Positions 63,986 through 64,000 of a stretch of DNA of 64,000 bases are shown here, one piece after another. The DNA lies in assembly GCA_964016885.1 (NCBI GenBank), contig OZ024747.1, positions 19,778,001-19,842,000 of the forward strand, given 5' to 3'. A program made the translations under genes and the position numbers. This DNA is from Eledone cirrhosa (lineage: Eukaryota). The notes below the pieces were generated by a model. The model was given only the letters and a program-made list of their open reading frames with translations, did no database searches and had not been told where the DNA came from. Within the stretch, counting starts at the first letter, position 1. Each line of letters opens with the position of its first letter.

Positions 63986-64000
63986 TATATGATATACATA

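Overview
AT-rich, microsatellite-dense animal DNA with no recognisable host protein-coding gene. It is probably from an octopod cephalopod, inferred only from a SINE resembling octopus Meta-domain SINEs. The window is a retroelement landscape organised by simple repeats. (1) R4/Dong-type non-LTR elements (RT plus restriction-like endonuclease) sit in (TACA)n, (TAA)n and beside (TAC)n. They include a head-to-tail stack of three units at 1.1-5.7 kb with one long intact RT-RLE frame, and a near-full-length but frameshifted copy at 31.8-35.7 kb. (2) A 5'-truncated Penelope-like element (PLE) has an open GIY-YIG ORF and a hammerhead ribozyme (HHR). (3) About 15 short PLE-terminus-like or HHR-bearing inserts lie in (TA)n tracts. 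They include a multi-copy fold-back family whose palindrome centres next to a half-hammerhead, a module present in two opposite orientations relative to its own tail, and a hammerhead with a compensatory U3-A8 core. (4) Three SINEs with TSDs share an ATTATTTA target. (5) Also present: decayed RTE-type LINE fragments, a tRNA-Arg(UCU) pseudogene, a 19-bp minisatellite and a recent ~2.08-kb tandem triplication with breakpoints in (TA)n. Nearly all short ORFs in the supplied track are microsatellite artefacts. All family assignments and RNA folds were made by eye; none was searched or computed.
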